IMG/VR virus record: IMGVR_UViG_2595698619_000001
Location: 38,106-102,105 of that record
DNA: 64,000 nucleotides
Direction: 5' to 3' (one strand)
From: a virus
Taxonomy: Duplodnaviria; Caudoviricetes
Notes under the pieces: model-generated
Database searches by the model: none
Seen by the model: the letters and a program-made list of their open reading frames with translations, nothing else
Told to the model about the DNA's origin: nothing
Shown: piece after piece, positions 1 through 7,724 of the stretch
Layout: every line of letters begins with the position of its first letter
How positions within the stretch are numbered: the stretch's first letter is position 1
Position numbers and translations under genes: made by a program

Positions 1-190
1 CGCACACCCATGTAGCGTCGTCCATGGGTTCGTCGCCTGGTTCGTACTCGTTCAGTTCGTCGTCCCACCCGCAGGTCAGGTTACAACCCGCGAGACGCAG
101 GAAAACCGCCGGGACTCCCGCGTAAGGACCCTCGCCTTGCACCGAGTAGAACTGTTCCGCTACCGGGATTTGTGTGCTTACGTCGTTCAT
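1..190 (-). CDS. queE: 7-carboxy-7-deazaguanine synthase (radical SAM), N-terminal part, truncated by window edge
   Basis: Hand translation [41 protein letters not shown]...WVC; the [20 protein letters not shown] signature; lies next to queD/queC. Confidence 0.9.
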   Translation of the reverse strand, partial: MNDVSTQIPVAEQFYSVQGEGPYAGVPAVFLRLAGCNLTCGWDDELNEYEPGDEPMDDATWVC

Positions 191-630
191 CGTTGAGTTA
201 CCCCCGTGTACTCCGTGTCCCAGAGGCGGTACAGGTCGACTCTGTCACCGAGGTCCTCCAGGCCTTCATCCTCGAGAAGCGCGAGCCATGCACCGTCCTT
301 GGCGACACGCGCAGGACCGTTGTGAACCGTATCGAGAACGTTGTCTCGTCGGTGTTCTTCGTCCGGTTGAATCACGTCCTCCAGACGCGGGTCACTGACG
401 TTCCAGTAAATCGAGTCCCACTGGTCGTCCTTGAGATGGTCCGGTTTGTCCTCGAGACGCTCCTGCTCCGATTCAGCGAGCCGTGCGAGCGCTTTCCAGT
501 ACGTCTCCGCAGTGACGACGTGACCGCCTGCTTTGACGCGAACCTTCCCGTTCTTGAGTTTCTGAACCAGGTAGTGACTGACCGACTCGTCCACGACTTC
601 CTCGCCCTCTGGACGTGCCGTTTCAGGCAT
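187..630 (-). CDS. hypothetical protein
   Basis: Acidic ORF, likely start MPETARP; ATGA overlap with queE. Confidence 0.65.
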   Translation of the reverse strand: MPETARPEGEEVVDESVSHYLVQKLKNGKVRVKAGGHVVTAETYWKALARLAESEQERLEDKPDHLKDDQWDSIYWNVSDPRLEDVIQPDEEHRRDNVLDTVHNGPARVAKDGAWLALLEDEGLEDLGDRVDLYRLWDTEYTGVTQR

Positions 631-757
631 CTTCCTCCTCCTCGACCTCGAGAACGTCCACGCGCACCACGTCGCCACGTTCGCGGAGTTCCTCAGCGAC
701 CTCCTCCGCGTCTCGGTCAGGTTCGAGCGCGACGAGCAGCGAGTTGATGGTGGACAT
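623..757 (-). CDS. small acidic hypothetical protein
   Basis: Hand translation [44 protein letters not shown]; fills the gap and overlaps both neighbours. Confidence 0.5.
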   Translation of the reverse strand: MSTINSLLVALEPDRDAEEVAEELRERGDVVRVDVLEVEEEEDA

Positions 758-1215
758 TACTCCTCGTCGAAGGGGTCAGGATACGACGCTGACATGGCGT
801 ACTTCGCCGTCTCCTTGATTTGGACACGGGCACGCTCGACGTTCTCGAACGTATCGACCAGTTGCTGAGCGACGACCTGACTCACGAGTTCCGTCGTCGG
901 GTCTCCGTCGAACGTGTAGACCTCACCCAGAACGTCGGTGACGAGCGCACTGCCTCCGAAGTCCTGAAGCGCCTCGAGGAGTGGGTCGTCGTTGTTGAGG
1001 AGGATGGCGTGGTCGTACTGGTCGAAGACGTCCGAGATGTCCTTGAAGTCCTCCGCCATCTGATGCTCCTCGTTCGGGACGCGCACCTTGAGACGCGCGT
1101 TCCACTCCATGTTGTGTCCGTGGATGTTGTTACACGCCCCGTCGTAGTGCATGAGGCGGTGTGCGGTGCTCGTGGTGTGACCTTCGACTTCGAGTGTGCG
1201 GATGTTGTTGCTCAT
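757..1215 (-). CDS. queD: 6-carboxy-5,6,7,8-tetrahydropterin synthase
   Basis: AHRL..YDGAC..IHGHN, DHA.LLN, PTTE, ET motifs; start MSNNIR overlaps the queC stop. Confidence 0.92.
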   Translation of the reverse strand: MSNNIRTLEVEGHTTSTAHRLMHYDGACNNIHGHNMEWNARLKVRVPNEEHQMAEDFKDISDVFDQYDHAILLNNDDPLLEALQDFGGSALVTDVLGEVYTFDGDPTTELVSQVVAQQLVDTFENVERARVQIKETAKYAMSASYPDPFDEE

Positions 1216-1976
1216 CGGTGACTGACCTCCTCCAGGATGTTCTCCCACGCTTCGGGACTGTTCTGCTTCACCGCGTCAGGCGTACCGAACGGGTCGGTGA
1301 CGCGGGCGATATGGAACGCTTCGCCTCGCTCGATACAGGCGGGACACTGCCCGCACGGTTCGGGGTCATCGTCCTCGATTGCTTCGTAGCAGGAGTACGT
1401 GTATTCCCACGGAACGCCGAGGTTCTCGCCTTGCTGAATCACCTCGACCTTCGACCGGTGAAGGAGAGGCGACCGGAGAGTGATGTTCTCACCGTCAGCG
1501 AGCGAGGCGTTGATGGCATCTTCCGCCGCGGTGACGAACGGCGCTCGACAGTCAGGATACGACTCCTCATCGCCACCCTGAACGCCGATGTAGAGCGCGT
1601 CCCCGTCCGTCACGTCAGCGACGCCCGCACCCGTAGCGAGGAGGTGCAGGTTTCGCATGGGCACGTACCCAGTCGAGCGACCATCATCTTCCTCCAGGTC
1701 GCCGTCGTCGGTGACGAACGAGTCGCGGTCAGACGCGACACCGCGCCCGAACACCGAGAACACCGACTCGTAGTCGATGGTCGTGACCGGGTGGACGTTG
1801 TGTCCTTCGTCGCGGAAGTGAGTTGCGAGGTTGACCGCCTGCTGCTCCTCGAACTCCGCCGTCTGCTGACCGTAGTTGTAGTGAACTGGCTGTACCTCAT
1901 CGTAGTGTTCCGCTGCCAAAGCGAGACACGTCGCCGAGTCGATTCCTCCCGAAAGGAGGACGATTGCTTTCGTCAT
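1212..1976 (-). CDS. queC: 7-cyano-7-deazaguanine synthase
   Basis: LLSGGIDS PP-loop, YVPMRN, YPDCR, TYSCY...CGQCPAC..R. Confidence 0.95.
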   Translation of the reverse strand: MTKAIVLLSGGIDSATCLALAAEHYDEVQPVHYNYGQQTAEFEEQQAVNLATHFRDEGHNVHPVTTIDYESVFSVFGRGVASDRDSFVTDDGDLEEDDGRSTGYVPMRNLHLLATGAGVADVTDGDALYIGVQGGDEESYPDCRAPFVTAAEDAINASLADGENITLRSPLLHRSKVEVIQQGENLGVPWEYTYSCYEAIEDDDPEPCGQCPACIERGEAFHIARVTDPFGTPDAVKQNSPEAWENILEEVSHR

Positions 1977-2033
1977 CTTGCGTTTGAGATATGAGCGTTG
2001 TCGGTTATCAAACTTCCCATCTATCGGAACCGC

Positions 2034-2468
2034 CTATTTTAGCTCGTGTCCGCAGTTCGGGCAGACGTCTGTATGCCAGCCTTCCTGGTGTCGGGACGCA
2101 TGGTCAGATGGAGTTTCGAGTGTGAGGTTCGACGGGCGATTATCCCATTTGATTCCCGTTTTGTGGTGAACCTGATTCCCGCATACCGCCTCGAACCCGA
2201 ACTGAGCAACAGCAACGAGACGATGGACGAGGACGCTCCTCGTTGTTTTCGGTTCACCGTCCCACGCCTGCCACAGTTCGTATCCGTCCTCGGTGGTCGA
2301 GAACGACGCGCGGTTGACTTCACGTTGCTCACGCTCGATTCCGAGTTTCTCCATCCAGTTGTATATCGTCTGCGCGGTCACGTCATACCTATCTGCGATT
2401 TGACCACCACTCAGGCCTTCTTCGCAGTAGAGACGACGGAGTGTTTCTTCGTCGCGGTATCCCGTCAT
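2034..2468 (-). CDS. HNH homing endonuclease with N-terminal HTH
   Basis: HTH (GQIADRYDVTAQTIYNW); VHRLVA...VHHK.GIKWDNRPSNL......H...H. Confidence 0.8.
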   Translation of the reverse strand: MTGYRDEETLRRLYCEEGLSGGQIADRYDVTAQTIYNWMEKLGIEREQREVNRASFSTTEDGYELWQAWDGEPKTTRSVLVHRLVAVAQFGFEAVCGNQVHHKTGIKWDNRPSNLTLETPSDHASRHQEGWHTDVCPNCGHELK

Positions 2469-2528
2469 TACATCTATTACTTCGGGTATAGATGTAAAGG
2501 TGTGACGTGGAGACACGAGCATTTTCTG

Positions 2529-2945
2529 TTACTGGAACCCGAGCTTGCCGCCACCTCCTGTCGAGTCACCGAACATGCCGCCCATGTCGCCCATCTGCTC
2601 TCTCATCTCCTCCATCATCTCCTCGCGTTCCTGCTGTCGTTCCTTGAGCCACTCGGTCATGTCGGGGCCGTAGATTTCCTTGCCGACCTGCGTGCCGACA
2701 CTGCCCATCAGTTGGGAGAGACCCGCAGTCGACTGGTCGGACGCCAGCTCGATTTCTTTCTCCCATGCGACGTGCAGGAGAGTGAGCGCCTCAGCACGAG
2801 TCAGGTCCACGCTCACAGGACGGTCCTCTTCCGTCTCACCGGCGCACTCGTCGCACGCCTCGTTCTCTCCGCACGTACAGGTCGCCCCGTCCGATTCATC
2901 CTCCGCGTCGTCGAACCGCTCAGCGTCGTTGTCTCTGTCGTTCAT
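2529..2945 (-). CDS. hypothetical protein with Cys cluster
   Basis: Acidic ORF with CTCG..ACDEC. Confidence 0.65.
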   Translation of the reverse strand: MNDRDNDAERFDDAEDESDGATCTCGENEACDECAGETEEDRPVSVDLTRAEALTLLHVAWEKEIELASDQSTAGLSQLMGSVGTQVGKEIYGPDMTEWLKERQQEREEMMEEMREQMGDMGGMFGDSTGGGGKLGFQ

Positions 2946-3160
2946 TACCCTTCCCTCGAGATGTGGATGAAGCGGTCACCGTGCACCGTCAGCACGCGCT
3001 CCTCATCAGCGTACACGTCGAGGAGCGGAGGTGCCTCGTCGGGAGTGATGGCGTCTCGGTGAGGTTCGACACGGGGGTACGAGGTCGACTGGAACCGCTT
3101 CGACTGAACCTCACCCTCGACCGTGCGCCACTTGGCGACGTAGGATTCTTCTCGACTCAT
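2945..3160 (-). CDS. small hypothetical protein
   Basis: Start MSREESYVAKW; tightly packed between neighbours. Confidence 0.55.
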   Translation of the reverse strand: MSREESYVAKWRTVEGEVQSKRFQSTSYPRVEPHRDAITPDEAPPLLDVYADEERVLTVHGDRFIHISREG

Positions 3161-3164
3161 CGGA

Positions 3165-3506
3165 TTACTCCTCGTCAGTCTCCGTCTCAGTCTCGTTGTC
3201 CTCCTCATCGGTGTCGTCTCCCTCGTCTGCCGCGTCGTCTGCGTCGTTGTAGTCGTACCCGATGGATACGGTGAAGCGGTCGTCGAACGCGGAGACGTCG
3301 GTGTTGTCCGGGTCGTGCTCCGGCGGCAACTTGTTCTCGAGAATGTCCTTCGCACGCTCGAGATTCTCGGCGGTGTCACCGTCGTCCTCCCACTCGATTT
3401 GGAAGGTCACCTTGCCTTCGTAGTGCGAGACGTTGACCGCGTCCGCCTCGAAGCGTTCCTCCAGCTCCTCCGCTCGTTCCGTGATTTGCTGTCCTAGGTC
3501 GTACAT
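3165..3506 (-). CDS. acidic hypothetical protein
   Basis: Start MYDLG overlapping the queF stop. Confidence 0.6.
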   Translation of the reverse strand: MYDLGQQITERAEELEERFEADAVNVSHYEGKVTFQIEWEDDGDTAENLERAKDILENKLPPEHDPDNTDVSAFDDRFTVSIGYDYNDADDAADEGDDTDEEDNETETETDEE

Positions 3507-3967
3507 TACTGGATACCTCCAACCCACGTCTGCGACGAGATACCACCGCGCGGATTCACGTCGAAGGCGACGTGGAGTCGCTTCTGCACCTCGTCCTCAT
3601 CGAGGTCCGGGTACAGGATTTCCGCGAGGTCCTGCCACACCTTCGCGGTGACTTCCTCGTGCGAGATTCGAGCGTCCTCGAACGACATGAGGTAGTACTT
3701 CAGCGACTTCAGTTCGACGATGAAGTCATCTGGGACGTACTCGATTTCTATCTCGCCGTAGTCGCGCACTCCTTCGCTCTCGACCTCATCCTCGTCGGCG
3801 TCCGGGTCCACGCCGTAGTCGACCGGACAGTTGGTCGAGAACTCCTTTGCGACGTGCCGGTCGGTCCTGTCCGTGTCAGGACGCGGGTTGGGCACTGCCT
3901 GTAGCACTTCGCCGTTGATAGGGTCGTAATCCGGGTTGAACCGGAAAGTCACTTCGTTGTCTCCCAT
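3506..3967 (-). CDS. queF: NADPH-dependent preQ0 reductase, QueF family (T-fold)
   Basis: EFS..CP...DY, QueF motif ELKSLKYY, SHEE, PRGGI. Confidence 0.85.
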   Translation of the reverse strand: MGDNEVTFRFNPDYDPINGEVLQAVPNPRPDTDRTDRHVAKEFSTNCPVDYGVDPDADEDEVESEGVRDYGEIEIEYVPDDFIVELKSLKYYLMSFEDARISHEEVTAKVWQDLAEILYPDLDEDEVQKRLHVAFDVNPRGGISSQTWVGGIQ

Positions 3968-4010
3968 CTGCGAATAGACGTTACTGACGGGAGGACGTTA
4001 ACCTGATTGT

Positions 4011-4595
4011 CTAAGATTCACCTCGTTTTTGGCTTGGCCACTTATGTTCAAATCCGGGCAGTGGGTCACCCATCCATTCTAAAATTCGCTGAGACTGCGC
4101 CGTTCCAAACCGAAGTTGACCTTCACTAAACTTAACCATCCACTTCTGTTCTTGAAAGATTCGTTCAAATAATCTCCGCCGTTCTTGCTGTGCATAATTC
4201 GAGATGAGCATGTTGGGAGTACCGATGGGAGTAGGACAGTAATGCCCGTCACAGCAATACCAAACTTTGAGTTTGAGGGGTGTTAGCGATAAGTCATCTG
4301 GGAATCTCTTACCACCATCTATGTACCAGTCAGAATAAGAATTAAATACAGGTGAAGATTTAGTCGACCACACCCAAGTTTGAGAGTAATTCTCAGACGG
4401 ATACTCCGACGATTTACGTTTGCTACCTTGTTTCACACCCAACGAATATTCCGAGAACTCATCATGCAACCACTCCAAGAACTCACGTTCGGTCAATTCA
4501 CATACGACCGAGCATGAATCTCCCCGTCGGTCCAAATACCCGTCACCAAGAAGTAACCCCTGTATAATATCGTCTTGCCTCTCTGTAAGTTCCAT
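4011..4595 (-). CDS. LAGLIDADG homing endonuclease
   Basis: GLLLGDGYL and WYCCDG helices; lower GC than flanks. Confidence 0.8.
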   Translation of the reverse strand: MELTERQDDIIQGLLLGDGYLDRRGDSCSVVCELTEREFLEWLHDEFSEYSLGVKQGSKRKSSEYPSENYSQTWVWSTKSSPVFNSYSDWYIDGGKRFPDDLSLTPLKLKVWYCCDGHYCPTPIGTPNMLISNYAQQERRRLFERIFQEQKWMVKFSEGQLRFGTAQSQRILEWMGDPLPGFEHKWPSQKRGES

Positions 4596-4756
4596 ACCAC
4601 AGGTATGACTTCGTCTGCATTAACCACGTTGAAACTACCCAGAAAAGACGGCGTTCTTAGCCCGGGACAGCCAGCTACTCAAAGAGCTGACCGGCGCGCT
4701 CGAACGTCGCCGCGAAGTCATCAGCGACACTGACCTTGTAACCGTTCTCGTTCAGG

Positions 4757-4927
4757 GTGTTGACGAACGAACGAGACAGAAAAGAATACGTGAAAGGGTT
4801 GTTCTCATCATTAGACGTTTCACCGCGTTTTCACAACGGAGTGGTGGGGTTTCGAGTAGACGACAGTGGCAAGCTATGGGATTATATGGGTGATGCCGTG
4901 CAGGGGTTCGAGTACAAATGGCCTTGA
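4757..4927 (+). pseudogene. C-terminal remnant of a second LAGLIDADG endonuclease
   Basis: Reads ...GVVGFRVDDSGKLWDYMGDAVQGFEYKWP*, which matches GQLRFGTAQSQRILEWMGDPLPGFEHKWP of the 4011-4595 protein; in-frame stop just upstream. Confidence 0.65.
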
Positions 4928-4932
4928 CAGGC

Positions 4933-5787
4933 TCAGAAATCTAATACATCTCTTCCTTGGGTGTTGAACGAGGCAGAAGACGGGTCGTAATTCATCACTA
5001 GCCTCTCAACAGATTTCTTTGAAGAATCACTTTGAGTAGTATAGTTACGGTCTCTGACCGTAACATCCCACTCACCGTTTTGCACCTCCTTTTCAAACGC
5101 AGGAGGTAACTCTTCATATGAGACGATGAACGACCCATCAATCTCACAAAGCACTTCGTAGAACCGTCCATGGTCGAAGTCTTCTTCATGCTCATAATAA
5201 GCATCTCCTACACGGTAGTACGGAGGGTCATAATAGAAGAGTGTACCAGCACGGTCATATTTCTCAGTCAGTTCAGCATAGTCGAGGTTTTCTATGATAA
5301 CCTGGTCAAATCTATTCTGAATCCTTTTAACCTGCTCCTTTGTTCTCTCGTACTTGTAAGTAATCTCATCAGCAGGACACTTCGTTGTTGAATTGATTCT
5401 AAAACCACCCCCATCAATTTTACCGGAGAAGGAGGTAGATTGGATGTAGAAGAACCTACCCGCTTTCGCTACAGGGTCCGTTGGCTCATCTTCCGACCGC
5501 ATATCCTCGACATATTCCTCATACAGTTCACGGGAGTATGGAGTTGATTCTAACCACTCGTACAACTCCTCACCTTGGTCACGGCAAACCTCAAAGAAAT
5601 TAACGACTCGACCGTAAACATCGTTATAGACCTCGATAGTAGAACGGGGTTTGTTGAATAAAACAGCAGCAGACCCACCGAAAGGTTCAACGTAGCACTC
5701 ATGCTCCGGCATATGCTCTATAATCCACGGAGCTATCGTTGTCTTACTACCCGGGTAGTTAATCGTACCGCTATTTTTCTTAGGCAT
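4933..5787 (-). CDS. D12-class (Dam-family) N6-adenine DNA methyltransferase
   Basis: YPGSK, YVEPFGGSAAV, VYND, DPPY; lower GC. Confidence 0.9.
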   Translation of the reverse strand: MPKKNSGTINYPGSKTTIAPWIIEHMPEHECYVEPFGGSAAVLFNKPRSTIEVYNDVYGRVVNFFEVCRDQGEELYEWLESTPYSRELYEEYVEDMRSEDEPTDPVAKAGRFFYIQSTSFSGKIDGGGFRINSTTKCPADEITYKYERTKEQVKRIQNRFDQVIIENLDYAELTEKYDRAGTLFYYDPPYYRVGDAYYEHEEDFDHGRFYEVLCEIDGSFIVSYEELPPAFEKEVQNGEWDVTVRDRNYTTQSDSSKKSVERLVMNYDPSSASFNTQGRDVLDF

Positions 5788-5789
5788 GG

Positions 5790-7034
5790 TTAGAAATCAA
5801 GAACCGATTGACTCTTTGATTCATATTCCTGTACGCTGGAGTCCTTCCCGCCCGCCCAATCCTGATAGGCGTCCGGGTCGAGGTCGAGCACCTCAAGTTC
5901 GTCTCCCTCGAGACGGTGCTGGAGTGCCATTTGCCGACGTTCCTCTACGTCGAGGTCGCGTAGCAGGTCGAGCATGACGTTCTTGAAGTGAATATACGAC
6001 CCGCTGAACTTGTACGTGGTCCCGTCGTAGTCCTTCAACTTGCGATAGACGCGAGCAGTCGCGGTGTCTCCCGATGCTTTGTCCAGCGAGTGCCTGAACC
6101 AAGTGGGGAACAGGTCGGGGATGTACCCCGAATATGCCTCGGTGAGGCGCACCTCTGCCGTCATGCGTGCGAGTGCGCCGGCGTATTTCCAGTATCGGTA
6201 GTTGCGCGTCGTCTGAGAGCGTCCCAACCACTTGTCGGCACGCGCCAGAGCATCGTAAGCGACGCCTGCCTCGAGACCTCGGAACTCCTTCGCCACCGCC
6301 TGGTCGAGCCAGATGACCAGGTCGTTCGGAGAGATGTCGTTGCCAGCGTACTTGTCGCCGCCGATGAGTTCCGGGATGGCGTCGAACTCTCCTTCCTCCC
6401 ACTCACGGTCGTCGAACCCGAGTGGAACGTCGCTCTCCGCCATCATCTGTAGGTCGTTGATGGCAGAACGCAGGTCAGGACGTTGTGCGAGGCGTTCCTC
6501 GTCATGCTCGTCCAGTTCGACACCCTCGGACGCCGCGACCTCTCGAATCTTCGCCGCCCGCGACCGCTTCCCAAGTTTGAATTTCTCGGTGTTCACCCGA
6601 TTCTTGATGCCGTCTGGCACGTCATACTCCTCGTTCGCCGTGAGGATAATCGGGTTCGCGGGGGAACTGAGCGCGTCGTACAGCGGTTGCTTGTTAGCAG
6701 CGTGGTGCCACCCGTCCACCTCGTCGAGAAGGACGAGTTGACGCTGACCGTCTGCCGGCGACGCGGCGATGCTCGCCGCCATCTCCTCAATATCGTCTGT
6801 CTTCCGCGCAGACGAGGCGTTGATTTGATTGAGCGGCATGTCGAGAACGTCAGAGACGACGTATGCCGTGGTCGTCTTGCCTGTCCCCGGTGGTCCCACG
6901 AGCAACTGCCCCTGGTCGCCCGGTTCCCACTCCTCTGCCCACTCCCGAATCCGGTCGAGAGCGGCGTTGTTTCCTTGAATCTCGCTGAACGATTCAGGAC
7001 GATACTTGTCTACCCAGGATTGATTCTCACTCAT
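5790..7034 (-). CDS. rfcL: replication factor C large subunit (clamp loader)
   Basis: WVDKYRP, GPPGTGKT, INASS.R, LLDEVD, DLRSAINDLQ. Confidence 0.9.
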   Translation of the reverse strand: MSENQSWVDKYRPESFSEIQGNNAALDRIREWAEEWEPGDQGQLLVGPPGTGKTTTAYVVSDVLDMPLNQINASSARKTDDIEEMAASIAASPADGQRQLVLLDEVDGWHHAANKQPLYDALSSPANPIILTANEEYDVPDGIKNRVNTEKFKLGKRSRAAKIREVAASEGVELDEHDEERLAQRPDLRSAINDLQMMAESDVPLGFDDREWEEGEFDAIPELIGGDKYAGNDISPNDLVIWLDQAVAKEFRGLEAGVAYDALARADKWLGRSQTTRNYRYWKYAGALARMTAEVRLTEAYSGYIPDLFPTWFRHSLDKASGDTATARVYRKLKDYDGTTYKFSGSYIHFKNVMLDLLRDLDVEERRQMALQHRLEGDELEVLDLDPDAYQDWAGGKDSSVQEYESKSQSVLDF

Positions 7035-7224
7035 AGGATTTGCTCACCTCATCGTCGTCCTCGACTTCCTGTTTCGCCATCTCGTACATCTCCTCCGCCG
7101 TCTCTTTCACGTCGTCCGTTCTTTCGCCTTCAGACTCCTGTACTGTCACCTCTATCTCCTGGTCGGATGTGGCCGAGTGAACGTAAATCCGCGGACGCTT
7201 GTCGGCATCGTTGCTGTTCGTCAT
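7027..7224 (-). CDS. small hypothetical protein
   Basis: Acidic ORF within the operon. Confidence 0.55.
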   Translation of the reverse strand: MTNSNDADKRPRIYVHSATSDQEIEVTVQESEGERTDDVKETAEEMYEMAKQEVEDDDEVSKSYE

Positions 7225-7226
7225 GG

Positions 7227-7724
7227 TCAGAAATCGAGTGGGTCCTCCACGGTGTAGTCGGGCTCCAGTTCACGCTCGTACACGACCATGCGATTGCCGC
7301 GGTCGGTGTAGTAGTAATCGACTGCACTGAACCCGTTATCCATCCAGAACTCCTCGAGGTCAGCAGTCGAGAGAACGTCTGCGACCATGACCTCCTTCCC
7401 GCGTTCCTCGGCGTACCGAACCGCCTCGTCGAGCAACTCGCTGCCATACCCCTCGTGACGGTCCCGAGCAGCGACAGCGATGTTACGGAGACACGCTTCC
7501 TCACGGGACAGGATGTCTGACTCGGCCCAAACCATGCACGCGCCAGACACGCGGTCTCCGCGCAGGAAATACAGGAGACGCCTGTCCTCGCGCCTGGCAC
7601 AACGCTCGACGTTCTCACGTCGAACGAACCAGTACAGGTCCTGGGTGATTTCCACGTCCTCGAAGAACGCTTCTATCTCCTCGAGACGCTCGTCGCCGGG
7701 TTCTGCGACCTTGATTTCTACCAT
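7227..7724 (-). CDS. GNAT-family acetyltransferase
   Basis: IAV...RHEGYGSELL (motif A), FW..NGF. Confidence 0.8.
   Translation of the reverse strand: MVEIKVAEPGDERLEEIEAFFEDVEITQDLYWFVRRENVERCARREDRRLLYFLRGDRVSGACMVWAESDILSREEACLRNIAVAARDRHEGYGSELLDEAVRYAEERGKEVMVADVLSTADLEEFWMDNGFSAVDYYYTDRGNRMVVYERELEPDYTVEDPLDF

Noticed and set aside
4600-4760. Possible tRNA in the intergenic gap
   Set aside because: No cloverleaf or T-loop found by eye; better explained as gene remnants plus a terminator-like T-tract on the minus strand
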